NCBI GenBank assembly: GCA_001643675.2
Contig: LSRY02000036.1
Coordinates: 310,001-374,000 of the forward strand
Direction: 5' to 3'
DNA length: 64,000 nucleotides
Origin: Monocercomonoides exilis PA203
Taxonomy: Eukaryota; Protista; Preaxostyla
Shown here: positions 49,501-64,000 of the stretch, piece by piece
Position numbering within the stretch: the first letter of the stretch is position 1
Layout of the letters: each line of letters opens with the position of its first letter
Notes under the pieces: generated by a model
Told to the model about the DNA's origin: nothing
The model's database searches: none
Seen by the model: the letters and a program-made list of their open reading frames with translations, nothing else
Position numbers and translations under genes: made by a program

Positions 49501-52500
49501 TCGCTCTGCGTTTGCTTCAAAAGTTTCTCCATCACTGTCATTTTTGTTCATTTGCCTGGATATTCTCTTTTCTGGATGAGGATTGAAAGTATCTTTCTCC
49601 TTCAGCGTCTTTGGCAAATCCATCTTAAAGTCCTTCTTTGGTATCTCCTTCTCGGCGACAAGCTTCCACAGCTGGTCAGAGCCCTCAGGCTCCAAACAGA
49701 TCAAAAAGGTCAGTCTGCATGCAATCTGGATGACCTCGTCAATCTGCTCCACAAGTTCAAAGGAGAACCGCAGTGAATCAACAGGATGGCTGTGGGACGT
49801 CACAACAGGAGGCGGATGAAACAGAGCAAGGATCCAGTCAAGCCCTGCTTTGAGCTGAGGCACAGAAAGGATGTTGAAAGGCACCCACGAAAGATAGCGC
49901 AGCTGGTTTCGGAAGTTTATGTAGGACTTCCAAGATGACGGAAGCAGACTACGTCTGTTCACAAATATCTGCCCTTTTCTGTAGAATGATGGAATTATAA
50001 ATGGAAAAGTGGCAGTTTCAACAACAGACAGAAACATCAGAGATATCAACGAAGAAAGAGAGACTGCAAAGCGTTGCTGGGCTTCTGGCGACGATGAAAA
50101 GTAGGAAACAAGAGAGATATCATCCTCAAAGTCATCATAAAACACAAGCTCGTCATTCTTTTTTCCTTCTTTTTGAGTTGTTGGTGTAGTTGCTGTTCTT
50201 GAAGTTTCTGATGTTGATTGCTCGCCTTCTTGCTGATAAGGACTGGACATAATTGAAGAAGAAGGCAAGAGCGAATAGTCATTTGACTCAATCTTTCCAT
50301 TGGAAGATGCGTTGGACGAACGGCTTGAGTCTCTTGTTCTTGTGGAATTGGTATCAGTTGAAGAGTGCTCTGAAAAGTGCGTTTTTGCTGCAGAAGAAGT
50401 AGAAGACGATAATGTTGTGGTAGAATTCGATGCTTCACTATAATGATGCGAAGACAATGTGTCATTAGGATGGAATGCTCTCTTCCTCAGTTCTTCTTCT
50501 GAAACAGAAGACGAAGGCACTTTCATCTTCAACAGCAGTGGAGTCTCAAACAGTTTCTCGTTCTGTTTTCTTCGGCGGTGCATCAACTTCTCATTGCGGA
50601 TCATTCCGTCAAAGCCAATCACACACGCCACCCAGTCAACCATCAGAGACATCTGTGGAATGAGACAATGCAGCGAACGCGATTGAGTGGGGATGGATGT
50701 GAACACACAGAAAGTTGGTGGCTGTGACGAAACAGAAAATGTCGCTGATGCAAATGGAGATGGAGACGGAGTGTGCGATGATGTGGGAGTCGAGGCGCTG
50801 TTTGGAGTGGAGCTTCGTGAAGAGCCTCCACTTGAGGAAGACGATGGCGACCTCATCTTTCTGTAAGACTCGCCAAGAATTGCCCATTCTTTTCTGGCCA
50901 TTGTCAGCAGTGGCGTGATGAGTGTAGGTGGAAATCTGTTCCATGAACTCCAGCACACGTTAGAAAACAGCTCAGTCACATAGAGATGGAAGGGGAATGC
51001 ACATGTTGATCGCACAAGTGTCATTGATGGGATTGTCGTCTGTGCCAAAGAAAACGAGCTGATGGAAATAGCATACCATTCAAGCAAGTCGCAATAGAAT
51101 GCAAGGACAGATGTGAACAGTGCGGTTACTGCAGACGGAGGAGGCGTCTGCTGCCAAACTGGTTTTGTGGTTGTGCGACTCAGGGTGTTGCTGGGCGATG
51201 ATGGCTCACTTCCTGAAGCAGGACTTCCAGATGAGTACATTGTGGAATCAGGAGATGCAGACAAAGATAGATTGCCTGCTGAAGGTGAAGATGACGATGT
51301 TGAAACTGTGTCAGTGGCAGAATATGCGATGTTCAATTTGCTATTGCTTTTTGGATGCAACAGCTGTGCAGCCCAGCTGAAATGTGACATTTTCAACTTC
51401 AGCCTTTTATCTCGTTCCTCAAGAATAACAGCAAGTGGAATGTATTTGGTGTAGTTCGCTGCTTCAAACTCTTCAATATCTTTAGCTTCTTGTTCATTCC
51501 TCCATTCAATTTCAGAAGCCTCTCTTTCTTTCGCTTTCATGATGATCGCATTGATGCAGCTGACGCAATCCTTCATAATCTGCGGAAGACAGCCATCGCC
51601 ATCAGCCTCAGATGAAAATGGGAATGATGGATGACAATACGGCAGTTCGTGTACATAGCTTCCACTTCCACTTCCACTCGAAGCAGTAGATGCTGAATTC
51701 TGTGTGCGTGCATGCGCCGTTGTGTCTGACATGGCCTCTTGTGTTTCTCCATCTGAAGCAGAAATAGAAGCAGAACCAGAAGCAGTTGAATTCTGTGTAG
51801 TAGATGCTTGAGATGATGGAGTGGATGCTTGCTTTGAATGACTCGTCCGAATGATGTTGTTGTCCATTGTGAACGATGAATAAGGCGCAGGGAAGATCAA
51901 CGGCGCAAAACAATGGAACGTCAGTTCCAACAACACACGTGGATGAAACGCAATGGGATTTTGAAGCATTTTCTTGGCAAACTCTGTTGAAGCTGCCCTT
52001 TGCTTCTTCTCCCGCTCTTCTTGCTGCTTCAGCTCTTCCTCAATTGCCTCGTTATCTTCATCTTCCTCTTCCTCTTCCTCTTCTTCATTTCCATTAACAC
52101 TCTTTGTTTCTTTCTGTTTTTGTGATATTTCTTTATTTTGATGCTCTGCTGACTCAACTTTCTCATTTTGCAGTTGAATCTCCCCTTCATCTCCTGCTTG
52201 AATTCCAAAGGCTTCTCTCAAAGTTCTTTCATTCTCCTTCAACAGCCTTTCCTTTACGCTCTTTTCCGAATTCTCCACTTTGCTAATTATTCCTTCTCTT
52301 TCTCCTCCTCCTCTTTCTGCTTCTTCTGCTGAATCAACCTCTCCAATCACTTCAACAGGCGCCAGATCGGTTTTCTCGCCATTCGGATGCTCCAGCGCAG
52401 GAGACAGCAAATGTGGAGTTTGATCAGCAGCTGTCTTTTCTGTCATCTCAGATGCATAAATCTTCGATTTGTCGTTTTGCTCTGCTTCCTTTTCTTCATT

Positions 52501-55500
52501 TTCTGTATCTGCAACATCATCAACAACACCTCTATTGTTATCGAATTCTTCTTCTTCATCCTGTTCTTGCTCTCCTTCTTCATCCAAAACAAGGTCTGGC
52601 TTGTCTTCCTCATCATTATCATCTGAGCTGTTGTTGTAGTATCTCTTCATATACTCTGTGTCTGAGTCATCTAAATGTGGATCGTCCTGAAGATCATACA
52701 CCAAAGAATGCCTGCGTTCTGTTGAGTCATTGTCTTCTTCGTCATCCTCATCCTCGTCACTTCCTCCAGTCAGCTCTTCGTTTCTTTCTTTCCCTTTCCT
52801 CCTCGGCGGCTTCTTCCACTTCCACATCAGTCCACCCAGTTTGTATGACTTGTTTTCCATTGCTGAAGCAGAAGAAGGTGTTGGAGATGTATCATCACGC
52901 TCAATAAGCTCAGCAGTTTCAGCAGAAGACGGAGGCAAATAATCAAGAGAATTGTTTCTTCTGTGCCTCCTCTCTTTTTCCTTCAGCTTCTGCAGCTCCT
53001 TCTTTCTTTGCTTTTTCCTGATCTCTTTCTTCACTTTCTTGAGTGAACGCTTTTTAACTGGCTGATAGCCCAGTGCAGATTCAGTCAGCGACGTCATGTC
53101 AGAAGAAGACGGTGGAGGCTGAGAGGGAACATACGACACCAGTGCCATGATAGCAGCCTTCATAAAAGAAGAAATGCCCAACAGATGCGACGGAGACAGT
53201 GCATGTGGCGTGAGATGTGCGTATGGCGTAGGCGGAGATGGGATTGATGCACGAGAGCTGTTCGAAGCAGGTGTTGCTGGAGCAGCAGGAATTAACTGAG
53301 GAGTCGGCGAGGCAGTGTCTGCCTGGAAAAACGCCTCTTTCTGCTCTGTTGTTGCAACAGGAATCAGAGTCCACCGGTCTCTTCGTGCTCTTTCCCTTTC
53401 CATCCGCCTTGTTCGCCTCATCTCGTCTCTGTCATTCCTTTCACTGCTCTGCCCATCGCTCTCCTCTTTCTCATCCACACAATCTCGCCAGAACGGCCAC
53501 CGCAGCTGGCTCAAAGCGTCAACCAGCTTCAGCAGCCCTCCCATGATGACAAGAGAAGGAGAAAATGGGCCATTGACATCCCAGGACTCCTTGTAGAGTG
53601 AAGAGGAAGCAGAAACATTGGGGGCAAATGCTTGGGAGGACATGATGTGTGGCAGTCTGTTCACCTCTGCAGCGAGGATAATCCACACAATAGGCGAAAA
53701 CGAGGTGTGCTGGATGTGGTTGGTGCAAAGAGAAGAAGAGGAAGAAGTGAAAGAAGGAGAAGACAAAGAATTTGTCTGTGCAATTGAAGCAACTGACGTA
53801 GTGCTCGGTGGTCTGCCATCTTCAGAAGAAGACGAAAAGCCATACGAAGACGTAGAAGAAATGCCAAAAGAGGGAGAGAAAGCTGCGCTTGACATTTGAT
53901 AAGAGAGAGAATAGTGCGAGTTGATGATCAGCTGGTTGCATGTGATGTCGATCAGATCCAGCCACACCTGCTGACCTGGTGTGGGCACAAACGGGCGGAG
54001 CATCGGGCGGTTTGAAAAGGGAAGCGGCATTCGGCTTATTCCTGTTGCAAGAAATAGCTCAGCAGAAGAAAAGGAAGGGCTATGGAACTTCTGCACCATC
54101 CGAAGCACTTCTGTGTTGTCTACGTGTTGAAGTTGCATCAACGTCTGCATCATTTTGATGAAGGCACTGGCTGCATACGATGGATAATGCGTTGTTTTCA
54201 TCACAGGCAGCTGGATGAATGATGAGAGAGAAGGCGAGAGAAGAGGATGTACTCCTCTGGGAGCCATCAGATCGCTTGACTCAGGCAGTGCATATGTTTG
54301 TGAGGTTATTGCGTGTGGCAGGATGTTGTGGCTGGACGCAATAGAACGGAACGAAAGTGTGGGCGAGTTCAGCATCGGCTGCTGTGAGGCACTCATCTCG
54401 TTTGCCGGTGCTTCTCTGTCTCCTGCTCGCAGTAGAGATTGCGTATCATCCTGATTCTCAGAAGGAAACTGCTGTTCTGACTGCTGCGACTGCCCGTTCA
54501 GCGATGCAGCTGTCGACAGAAGCTCGCTGGGCTGCGGGTTGCTCACGAGCGCTGCTCCGAAGTCGTCCATTTCTGGGTCTGTTGGCTTAGCAGTGACGAA
54601 ATAGTCAGCGTTGTGCTGATGTAAATAGGCGAGACAGTTGAATATCAGTTGCACGATTGGCTTGAGAGTGGCAGATGAATATGAAGAAGGCAGCACAAAT
54701 GAAGAAAACGGATGGAAAATCGATGAACCAGTCAATGAACTGATTGAAGATGGGGCACCTGATGAAATAGAAGACAAAGTGCTCAGCTGCAGTGCGTCTG
54801 TTGTGGCCAGAGAAGAAATGGAAGTTGAAGAAGAAGAAGTCGTCGAAGAATAAGAAGAAGAATTCGGGAACTGGAGCGGAGGTCTTGCTGGAATGACAAT
54901 CAGATTTGAGGAGCTGTAATCGTGATTGAGTGAGTCACCGATTGAAGGCACAGGCAGACTGATGAACTTCCTCAGAACAACAATAAACTGCGAGTCTTCC
55001 TGCGATGCGATGAACGAGAGTGCCAGTTTGTTCAAGTTGGCTGAATGGAGAAGAAGAGCATCGCTTGGGGAAGCTCTTGCAGCTGATGCGACAGACGACA
55101 AAGAAGGATGAGGAGAAGAAGAAGACTGCACCCCAACCGGACTGAACAGATGCGCTTGGGGAACGAGCGGCAGGTTTGTTGAAGGAGAGTAGTGAGGCTG
55201 GACAGGAATAAAAGAGGAAGAAGAAGATGGAATGATGTTGGAGACAGAAGGGCGAGTGTATGTGGCTGCTCCTATGCCAAACAGGAAGGAGTCTGTCAGC
55301 GGCTGATTGGGGTCTTGTGGAGGAGCAGCTGATTGGGAAGATAAAATGGATGACTGTGAGGCCAAGGGATGAAGAGTGGACAAACCAGAAGAAGGCGATG
55401 AACGATACAGAGGTGATGATTGCGGTGGAGGAGAAGGCGACATCATCGCCAGCGTCTTTTTGCACATGTTCCGAAAGGCAAAGTCAGCCAAGCTGCGCCA

Positions 55501-58500
55501 GCTGTCCACAAATAGCATGTGCGGAATGAGAAACTTAGCCAAAAAGACTGCAATTGATGGCTTGGCAACGAGCGAGCGGAGCAACTCTTCTTGAATTCTG
55601 TATGTGTTCAGTGGAAGCAGAACAAGAAGCGACGTGATGGTCGACTCATACATCGCAGCCACCAGCGATGTGGATGCCACAAACGAGCGAGATGCTGATG
55701 AGAACGGGGAAGCAGCATAATTTGTGGAGTAGCTCATTCTGCTTGTGTTGTACCTCTGGAGAGCCTTCTGCGCCTCAGAAATGGCAGCCTCTTCTCCCTT
55801 TTTGCTGTTCTTCTTCACCACTTTTCTGGTGGCTGGGCTGTGTGCAGTTGAATGGAATGGGTTGAGTGCACGTGGGTCGTTTGTCTGCTCTAAAAATGTG
55901 CCATACGCAGAAATGAAGAAGAATGCGCTGTTTTCGATCATTGAGCGTGCTTTGGATTTCAAGCTCTTCTTCTCCAGCGTCTTGCCAACAGCATCTGACA
56001 CGCTCAAACTGCCCAAAACAGACAGCCCATCGTCTTCTTTTGTTGGATGCTCAGCTGAAGAAGAACCAGAAGCATCAGTTGCAGCTGTAGTTGAAGTCGA
56101 AGTTGAAGTAGTTGTCTCCGCTGCTACTGTTGTTGTAGTCGTTGTAGTTGTCGTTGCATTCACATCCTTTCCTGTCTCTTCAGCTTGTTGAATCGTTGCC
56201 TGTGCTGTCTCCACATTCGAAGGAGGTGTGTCATCATTCATCATCTCACCCAGTCGTGCAGCGATTGCCTTCATGTGCAGCAGTGCCAGTGCCATGTGCA
56301 TCAGATTGTTCGGGTACATCAAATCGGTTGCCATTCGAATAGACTGATGTTGGATGAACTTCAGCCTCTCACAAGCTGCCACATGCGCCTCGTTCAAATC
56401 GGCCTGTGGAATAGAGGCGCTGTAGTCGTTCTCCTGGTTGCATCGCTTCGTAGGCACGATCATCAGGCGCTCTTTCCCGTGCTTTTTTCCTCTTTTGTGT
56501 CCTCCTGTGCCATCATGTGATGAGTGTACTGTTGTCAGAAATCCGCTTTCGTCCTGATAGCCAACACGCTCCAGCCGCTGCATCGTAAACTGCTTGCAGC
56601 GGATGATTCTGTGCACAATTGTCCGGCTTTTTGTATATAAATTCAAGATGTGTGAAAGATGGGCGTCGTGTCTTTGGATCGGAGGAACAGGCGCCAAAAT
56701 GTGGTGCTGCGCTTCTTTTGCCATCGGAATCACAGAAGTTGAGGAAGAGGAGGAAGAAGAAGAGGAATCAGATTTTTTGGCGCCTGTTGAAGAATGCTCA
56801 TTGGACGAGATGGTTGAAAGTGTTGTAGATGGAGTTGAAGGCAGTGAATCTAAAATTGCTTGTTTTGCAAACGCTGACAAGGAAGACTGATGAAAACGCA
56901 TCGCAGAATCAACTTCATTTAGTGTATCCAAATGGAATGTTGGCAGAGGCACGTTGAAGGAAAACGGGACAAGAAGTTTTGAAACAGCAGATTTGGCAAC
57001 AACTGCGGGGGGTGCTGAGGGAGGGACGAACCGAGAGGCAATTGAGGAAGAGCTGCCGAAGGAAGAAGAAGTGGAGGAAATGAATCCCGATGTCTGGACA
57101 GAGGAAGACGAATGAGACAAAGAAGAGCGTTCGGAGAGGATGGAAGGGCGCGATGAGTCGCCAGTGACTGAAGAGCGGAGGGAAAGGCGAGTGTTGCTGG
57201 AGGATGGGGTGGACGGGCTGAGCTGCTGAGAGGAAGGAGACGAAGGGGAATCCTGAGATTGCCCGCTGATTGAGGTATTTTCGATTTGGTTGGCTGTTTT
57301 TGGAGAAATGTGATTGTCGTCAATCAGATAGGAGTTGAGGTCGATTGAATGGAATCGCAAAAGCAGACCTTCGTCGCTTGTTTCGAAGAAGTTTCGTTCT
57401 TCTTCTTCGAAATGAGGGATGCTCATCAGAGATTCCAAGCCTTTTGAGCAGAAATCTGATCTCTTCAACAAGAATGAAGATGAATCCATCTCTTTTTCTT
57501 GATCTTCTTTCATTTCTTCTTTTGTCTTTCTCATTTCTCTGATGCTATTTGCATGTCTAGAAACAAGAGCAGAAGCAATAGACGGTGCTTGAGTAAGATA
57601 AGGCGACTCTCCAAAGAAGAAGCGAGTGAAAAATACATCTGAAAGAGAAGGAAACCAAATTGCTTTGTGCACAAGTGCAGCTAATGGATAGAACATCAGC
57701 GAAAGACTGCGAGATTCCTTCTTCCACTCACTTGAAGACAACGCCATTGAAATCTGAGTGCTGAAAGATGATGAAAACTGATAAGATCCATCAATAAGAA
57801 GAGGAGACGATTGTCTCATTTCTGATCCATGTGAAGGCAATATGTTATCATTGTCACTTGTTTTTGAAGATTCGCCATTCAGAATTTTGGTTATGCTGCT
57901 GTACATCCAAAGCAGATGATCATAGTGTGACAAGCTCTGATGAAGATAAAACAGCCGCAGTGATCTCCTCATTTTGAAGGAGAGAGAAAGAGCAGGGAAA
58001 GAGAAAGAAGATGAGGAAGAAGGCAAATTGACAGGAGATTCAGTTGTTGTTGAATTGGCAGTAAAAGAAGGGTAAACATCGGCCATTTCAACATTTCCTG
58101 GGAAAGGTGCAGTGAAAGAAGCAGAAGGAGAGAAGGATGAAGAAGAGATGAAAGACGAAAGCAAAGGTGGTAGAGCACGTGTCGAAGAAATAGAAGGACA
58201 GAAAAGAGAATAGAAAGACAATGTGAAAGACGAAGTTGGAGAAGAAAACAGAGGAAAAGGCTGGACGAACATTGGAAATGTGGCAACTTCAACGTATTTG
58301 TTTGAATTTTCAGTGATTGGATTGAATGGAGCAGGGTTTATCAGCGCTTCAACAGAAGAATTTGACTGAGAAAGTTTTGTCAATAGATTCACATTTGCTC
58401 CTGCAGATTGAACCTTAACTGGTGGCAATGTTTGAGCAATCACCTGCTCCTTTTCGCTGTTAAGCTGTTCAGATTGCATATGCTTCAACTTCTCGTCTTG

Positions 58501-61500
58501 TGTGACATCACTTGGTTGTAAGCACTCCATCTGCTTTTGTGTCTCTTCTCTCATAAATGACACAACATCCTTCCATGGCACCAATGCCTCACAAAAGCGC
58601 ACAGCCAATCGAGTTCCCAGAAGTTCCTGCAGTTCGCTGATCTTGCCGTATTGATCAGAATTTGGGTTGGAGCTATTTTTGGCTCTCAAAGATTGCATTG
58701 ATTGTGAAGATCTTTTTAAAGTGAGGCGTCTGCTTGTTTCATTCAAAAGAACAAGTACTATGTGAACAAGAAGAGCATGCGCAAGATGGATGGGATTTGA
58801 ATTTGGAAGGCACGAATCAATAATAAAGCGAATAATCCGAATACAAAAGGAAGAAGAAAGCAAAGTATTTGATGTCTCAGAAGGAGATGAAAGGGAGGAA
58901 GAAAAAGAAGAATTTGAGGAGGATGATAAAGAAGTTGAAGAAAAAGGAGAGAGAGAACTTGAATCACAGCTGGAAGAAAGCAAGCTCGACAAAATAGCAA
59001 CAAATAGAAAATGGTGATGTGATGCAATGCGTTTCAGCCATTTTGTTTCTTTCATCAACAGATGAAGCAGAATTTCGAGTTTAATTTCTTCATCGCCCTT
59101 CTCTTCTCTGTTGAGCTTTTCGTATCCTTCTGTCGCATTGCGAGATTTGTGTGTCTTGTCGCTTTTGCTGCTTTCTGAGTGTTCTTTGTAGTAATGCTGC
59201 AACGAATGACGGTGAGGGAATATTGAATCCAGAAGTTTTGGTAAATGGGAATCAATTTCTCCACATCCTATTAACTGCTTGGATTCAACAGATTCATTCT
59301 CTTCCATTGCAATAGAGTTATCTGAAAGTGAAGAATGGTTTGTTGACTTTTTATCAGATAACAATGGTGTTGGAATAACATCTTGTTCGCTTTGTGTGAA
59401 ATTCGATGAATCAGCTGATTTTCCTGCAAATAAACTCTGATTCATTTGATGTTCCATGGCTTGTTTTTGTGCAGAGTGACTGAGAGAAATAAAGCAAAGA
59501 GCATCCAACTGAGACAGGAAAAGAGTCGACTTGTGCCATTGATGGATGGATGCAATGGCAGACAGCCAAACTGACAATGACGACTCCAAATGAATTGATT
59601 GTTCAATGCTTTCTGTTGGATTTGGTAATTTCCGGAGAACTAATGATGTTTGTTTTGAATCTCTGGTTTCATCTGCTGCAGTGTCTTTGAGCATAAGCAA
59701 TGAGTCGTTTTCCGAATAACTTTCAATGAAAGGTGCACTGTAGATATTGTCATTAACTTTTGTTGTATTTAAAACATTGGTATCTTCGTTTTCGTTCTGA
59801 TTTATCATCCATTCAAAGTTTGTTAATGATCCTATTGCAAGTGAGTTTAAAAAGAAGAGAGCTTTCGATTTCTTCGGAAAGATCATTTTCAGAAAAGATA
59901 CAGTTGAAGAGAAAAATGACGAAGCAGCTGATGAGACAGACTGCGCAAATGAGGCAGATGAAACCAAATTTGTTCGATAAGAAGAAAGTGAAGAAAGAGA
60001 AGTGATGGAATTGAAAGATGGAGCGTCGCTGATTGAATACGTCTGCATAGACTGGAAAAGTGCATTGAACTCTGAAAGAAAATGCGGAAATGCTGTCATA
60101 CAGTGAGAGACAATTGAAGTTAGAGAACTCTTCTGGCTATTGCTTTTGGAGTTTGTAAGAAATGATAACGAAATAATTGATGTTTCAATGGATGATTTTT
60201 TGTTTGAGATCTGTGCAATGTTCTCCGGTTGACGCAAAGATACAGATGAATTTGACGAAGAAGAAGATTCAGTTTTTTCAGCATCATAAGAAGTTATATT
60301 TGCATGCTGATGATCACTGTTGAGGTAATTCATGTACTGCAACGCCTTTAATGTCTGTATGAAATTCTCTGAAGCCAAAAGATATGTAATGTGTGTCTGT
60401 GGCGTCAAGCACTGCAAAGACTGTGACGGAGTTGGAGAGTCACTTTTACTAGGCAATGTTGCTGAGACATCCGTTTGTGCCAGTAAAAGTGAGGCAAAGT
60501 GGAGAAGAGAAACAAAATCCTTTGATGACGATTTGGGTGTCATCATTGCAAGTGTAGCAGAATACGAAGAGCGAATGGATTCTAAATCTTCATCATCATC
60601 TAGAATTGTCGATGGCAGTTTGAGAGAAGATGAGGCCATCGAAGCCCCATCGGTATTGTTGGATAACAATGATGATGTTGATGCTGAAGATGATAGCGAT
60701 GACGAGGAAGATGATGCATCTGTTGCAAAGTTCGAGGCATTCGGTGACTGATCAAAATGTTCGAGCAGATAGCGAATTCGTGATGAAACAATATTCAAGC
60801 TTGATCTGCTGCTTTCCATTGTGATTGAGAGCACTTCATCATTCTGTGAAGAAGCAGAATCAATTGGAGAAGTTGTTGCAGTTGAAGAGGAACATTCTTG
60901 AATCAATTTTGAATGCTCGCTCGTCTTTTCTTTATCTTTGTATTGATCAGAATTCCAGTTGGTGTTTTTGATTTGTTCAGAATCAATCTTTGAAGAAAAT
61001 GAAGAGAAAGCAGAAAAGCTCATTCTCATCAACAATGATGATACCCAAGCAGAAAGCTGTGCCAAGGAAGTAATTGATGAAAACGATTTAATATGCGCAG
61101 ATTGCTGCTTCTTCGCCTCAAAACCAGCTGAATTGCTGATGTTTTGCTGCTCATTGAGTTCACTTTTTGGAACAGCAAAATCATGAATCACCAGACACGG
61201 TTGCAAAGTATAGTCATCTCCATTCCCATTTTTCATGTCTGTGTTTGTTTCCTCTTTTCGAGAATCCACTTCTGTTAATCTTTGAGACTCTGACTCAGAA
61301 TAAAATTCAGTCAAACACAAATCAAGCAGCACAGCCATTAATGAAAGTTGCTGCGGAACAGAAACAAGAAGCTCGTTTGAATTTCGTGAGTCTAACATTG
61401 TTGAGAGCTGATTTATTGGATACACAAATTTCTGCATTATCGATGCATTCTTTTCACTCGAATCCAAACATCGTTCAAGAGGAGGCGTTGCTGTTGAGGA

Positions 61501-64000
61501 ACTGACAAGATCAGGTTCAGGTTTTTGAAATTTCTTTTCTAAACGTGTTGATTCTCGCTTTTGACAATTCATTATAGCCCTCTTGACAAGATCGTTAAGT
61601 TCGTAAGGTGATGATGAGTAAAACTCAGGAGTCTGTTTGAATGATTCAAAATCAAACAAGTTGATGCAACGCTTTGCAAACTCAAACAGCAAAGAAGGAG
61701 GGAAAAGAGGAGATGCATATGAATTGAACATGGTCGATGACGAAGCAAGTGGTGGATCAAAGATAGCAGCAAACAATGCCGAAGCGTTTTCGGGGAATAG
61801 AAACGAATTTGAGCGAATGAATCTTGTCAGAACACGAATAGCTTCATCTGCAGGAGACCAACGAAGAACTCTGCGGAATGGCACAAGTTGTAGTAGAAAA
61901 GTGTTTATTAGAGTAAAATAAGGAGATGGAATGAACATCATTCGAATTATGCTTGAAAACTGAGGATATGCCATCTCGCTGAGAGTGGTTGAAGCAGCTC
62001 CTTCTGCTTGTGTATGAATGAGGGTATTGTCAATTGCATTTGACTCAGCATCGGTGAATGATGGTGCTTTAAATTGAGGATCTGTAAATTCACCATTGGA
62101 AGAAAGTTGAAAAGCTGATGAAAGAGTTCCATTATGAGCTTCGGAAGTGGCCTGAATTGTAGGAGGTGCTGAGATATGAGTTGCAACCAGATTCTCCTCA
62201 AATAGAAATGAGGAAAGTAATCCAGTGCATATTGGCTCTTCTTTTTCAATCTGTAAAGGCTTCGGTGAATTAAAGTTCTCAGAATGAAAAGTTAATTCAT
62301 TTGTTAAATTTTCATTTTCAGCTGTTGAACGAGCATTGCTTTCATATGATATTGTGTCGAATGGCAAAGTTTGCGACTTCATTACATCTGACGAAAGCAA
62401 CAAATTATCTTCTGCTTCATTCTTAATCCTCATCGTGTTCTGATAAGTAAAAGCAGCATCACGTGCGATTCCAATCATCTCATTGAGATGCGACGGAATT
62501 CCAATCAGCATCCCTAATATGCAATCCTTCATTGCTTTCACTCTAATCTCTTCCCTTTCCTTCTGCCTGTAAATCCTCTTTCTCCCTTGCTGCACTCTTT
62601 CCAGAACAAGAAGCTCATCTTCACTCAAAATATCTGAATCCAATGTTGTCATTCCAGATTGTACTGTTGCTATCTTCCGCTTGAATGAAAGTGGAGTGTC
62701 TGCAAGAAATGTGAGTGCAGATGTGAAATATGACGCCATCGCTGATATTGATACCGCTCTTCGTGAATCGTCAAATTGCTCATTTGCAAATGTTGAGGGG
62801 CTTGCTTGGGTAAAGTTCACATATTCGCTCGCTTTCATTTTGTCTTCTTCAGATGATGGACATTCACTGCTTTCATTTTGAGTTGTTTGAGAGTTTTTAA
62901 CATTTCCTGTTTCAGTTTTCTGACTATCAGGAACATCTTCAATAGCACATTCATTCACCAGATTCTGTTCGTTTGCATTGTTTGTACATTTCTCATTCAT
63001 ATTTCTGTTAAATGCTCTTTTCCTCTCTTTGAACGTAACCAGAAACTGGTTCACCAGTCTATTCATCTGAATCAGTTCGCTTCCTTCCTCCACCCTTTCA
63101 TCTGTTTCAAAATGTTTCATGCTTGCATTGTGGCTCAGTTTCAGTAGTAGCCCCAGAACAAAAACAGAAGATGTTTCATTCGGGTGTGTCAAAGCTGCCA
63201 TTGTAAGAAGATGGAATCTGAGGAGCGTCAAGCAGTGATTGGTGAATGAGGCCTCATCCATCAAATCTGCCTTTGCATTCTGTCGTGAACGCTGTTTTTC
63301 ATTCAGTCCGTGCTTCACGATGAGAGACAAGCTTTTCATCGCCAAGTCTTCTCTTTTGTTTGAGTCCTCACGAATGTGCTCTTGCAATGCAATCTTGGAT
63401 TCATCGATAGATGTTGACCAGAAAGATTGATCAGATGATAATGACGATGATGATGACGTTGATGATGAAGGAGCTGCTGATGCATCAGCAGCAGATTGCA
63501 GCTGAGCTTGTTTTTGCTGTATGTTGTTGATGTTCAGCTCCTCCATTCTCTGCTGGATCGATAGATGCACAATTGTGTCGTCGAATTCTTCTCTTTGTAG
63601 CACAATCGGCTTTGTGGCCCATCCACATTTTGAAGGGCAGAATCCGTTTTCCTCCATTCTGTGAATAAAAGAATTCATCAATGAAGTATTTGAATGCACA
63701 GCAGAAAGTGAGGTTTCAGTTGATTTCAGTTGCTGATGTTTCTGTTGTCTAAATGAACCTGTTGCTGATTGCGAAATGTTTGTCTGTTTTTTCTGCCTTT
63801 CTTCCATTTCCTTCTCATTCTGAGCACTTTGCTCCTCAATGCTTGCATTTTCTTCTCGATCCATATTCACTCTCATCTTCTCTTCATGACATTCTTCTGC
63901 CATTTCCTTCCAGTCAAGCTGATCTGCATTTGCAGCCACAATTCCTATAAATACCCACACAGCTTGAGGTGAAAGAAGACTAAACGGGAAAGGTGATTCA
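46522..64000 (-). CDS. Giant (>5600 aa) Ser-rich alpha-helical protein, tentatively EPG5-like; 5' end beyond the window, small 3' exons inferred
   Basis: One open frame from 64000 to ~47056, then a GT donor at 47055, exon 46966-46866 and an exon from 46734 (..EMLLFPDHANLL). The final coordinate is speculative. Weak but colinear resemblance to EPG5 C-terminal motifs (ELFSNVCW, VDWV, FLDCC, KKMPISENVKAV, LFPD). Confidence 0.55.

Noticed and set aside
47190-63972. Many short antisense or alternate-frame ORFs over the giant gene, the PMCA gene and the receptor gene
   Set aside because: Shadow ORFs caused by codon bias and low complexity; no motifs.
1-64000. Alternative genetic code (TAR=Gln as in some oxymonads, or TGA recoding)
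   Set aside because: TAA, TAG and TGA each end conserved genes at expected positions, and multi-kilobase ORFs contain no TAR codons.

Overview
Eukaryotic, AT-rich protist DNA with short GT-AG introns and the standard genetic code. The multicopy families and Ser-rich low-complexity proteins look like an oxymonad, most likely Monocercomonoides; this is my recognition, not a database result. 1-24 kb is a compact block of conserved genes: the WDR17 3' end, BBS2, LRRC34, a PMCA-type Ca2+-ATPase, proteasome beta-2 head-to-head with an importin-beta-like gene (39 bp between the ATGs), a lineage-specific pseudogene and an NRPS-like AASDH gene. 25-34 kb is a ~2980-codon modular receptor-like pseudokinase gene broken by one in-frame TGA. 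34.6-41 kb is a block of decayed gene-family fragments bracketed by a degenerate inverted-repeat pair. 41-46.4 kb is a nest of related TA-targeting pogo/Fot1-type (DD35D) DNA elements: a 982-bp MITE with 378-bp TIRs, and a second long-TIR element carrying a 2-kb transposon with an intron-containing, decayed transposase. 46.5-64 kb is a giant gene of more than 5600 aa, tentatively EPG5-like, that runs off the window. No rRNA, tRNA or CRISPR array was seen.
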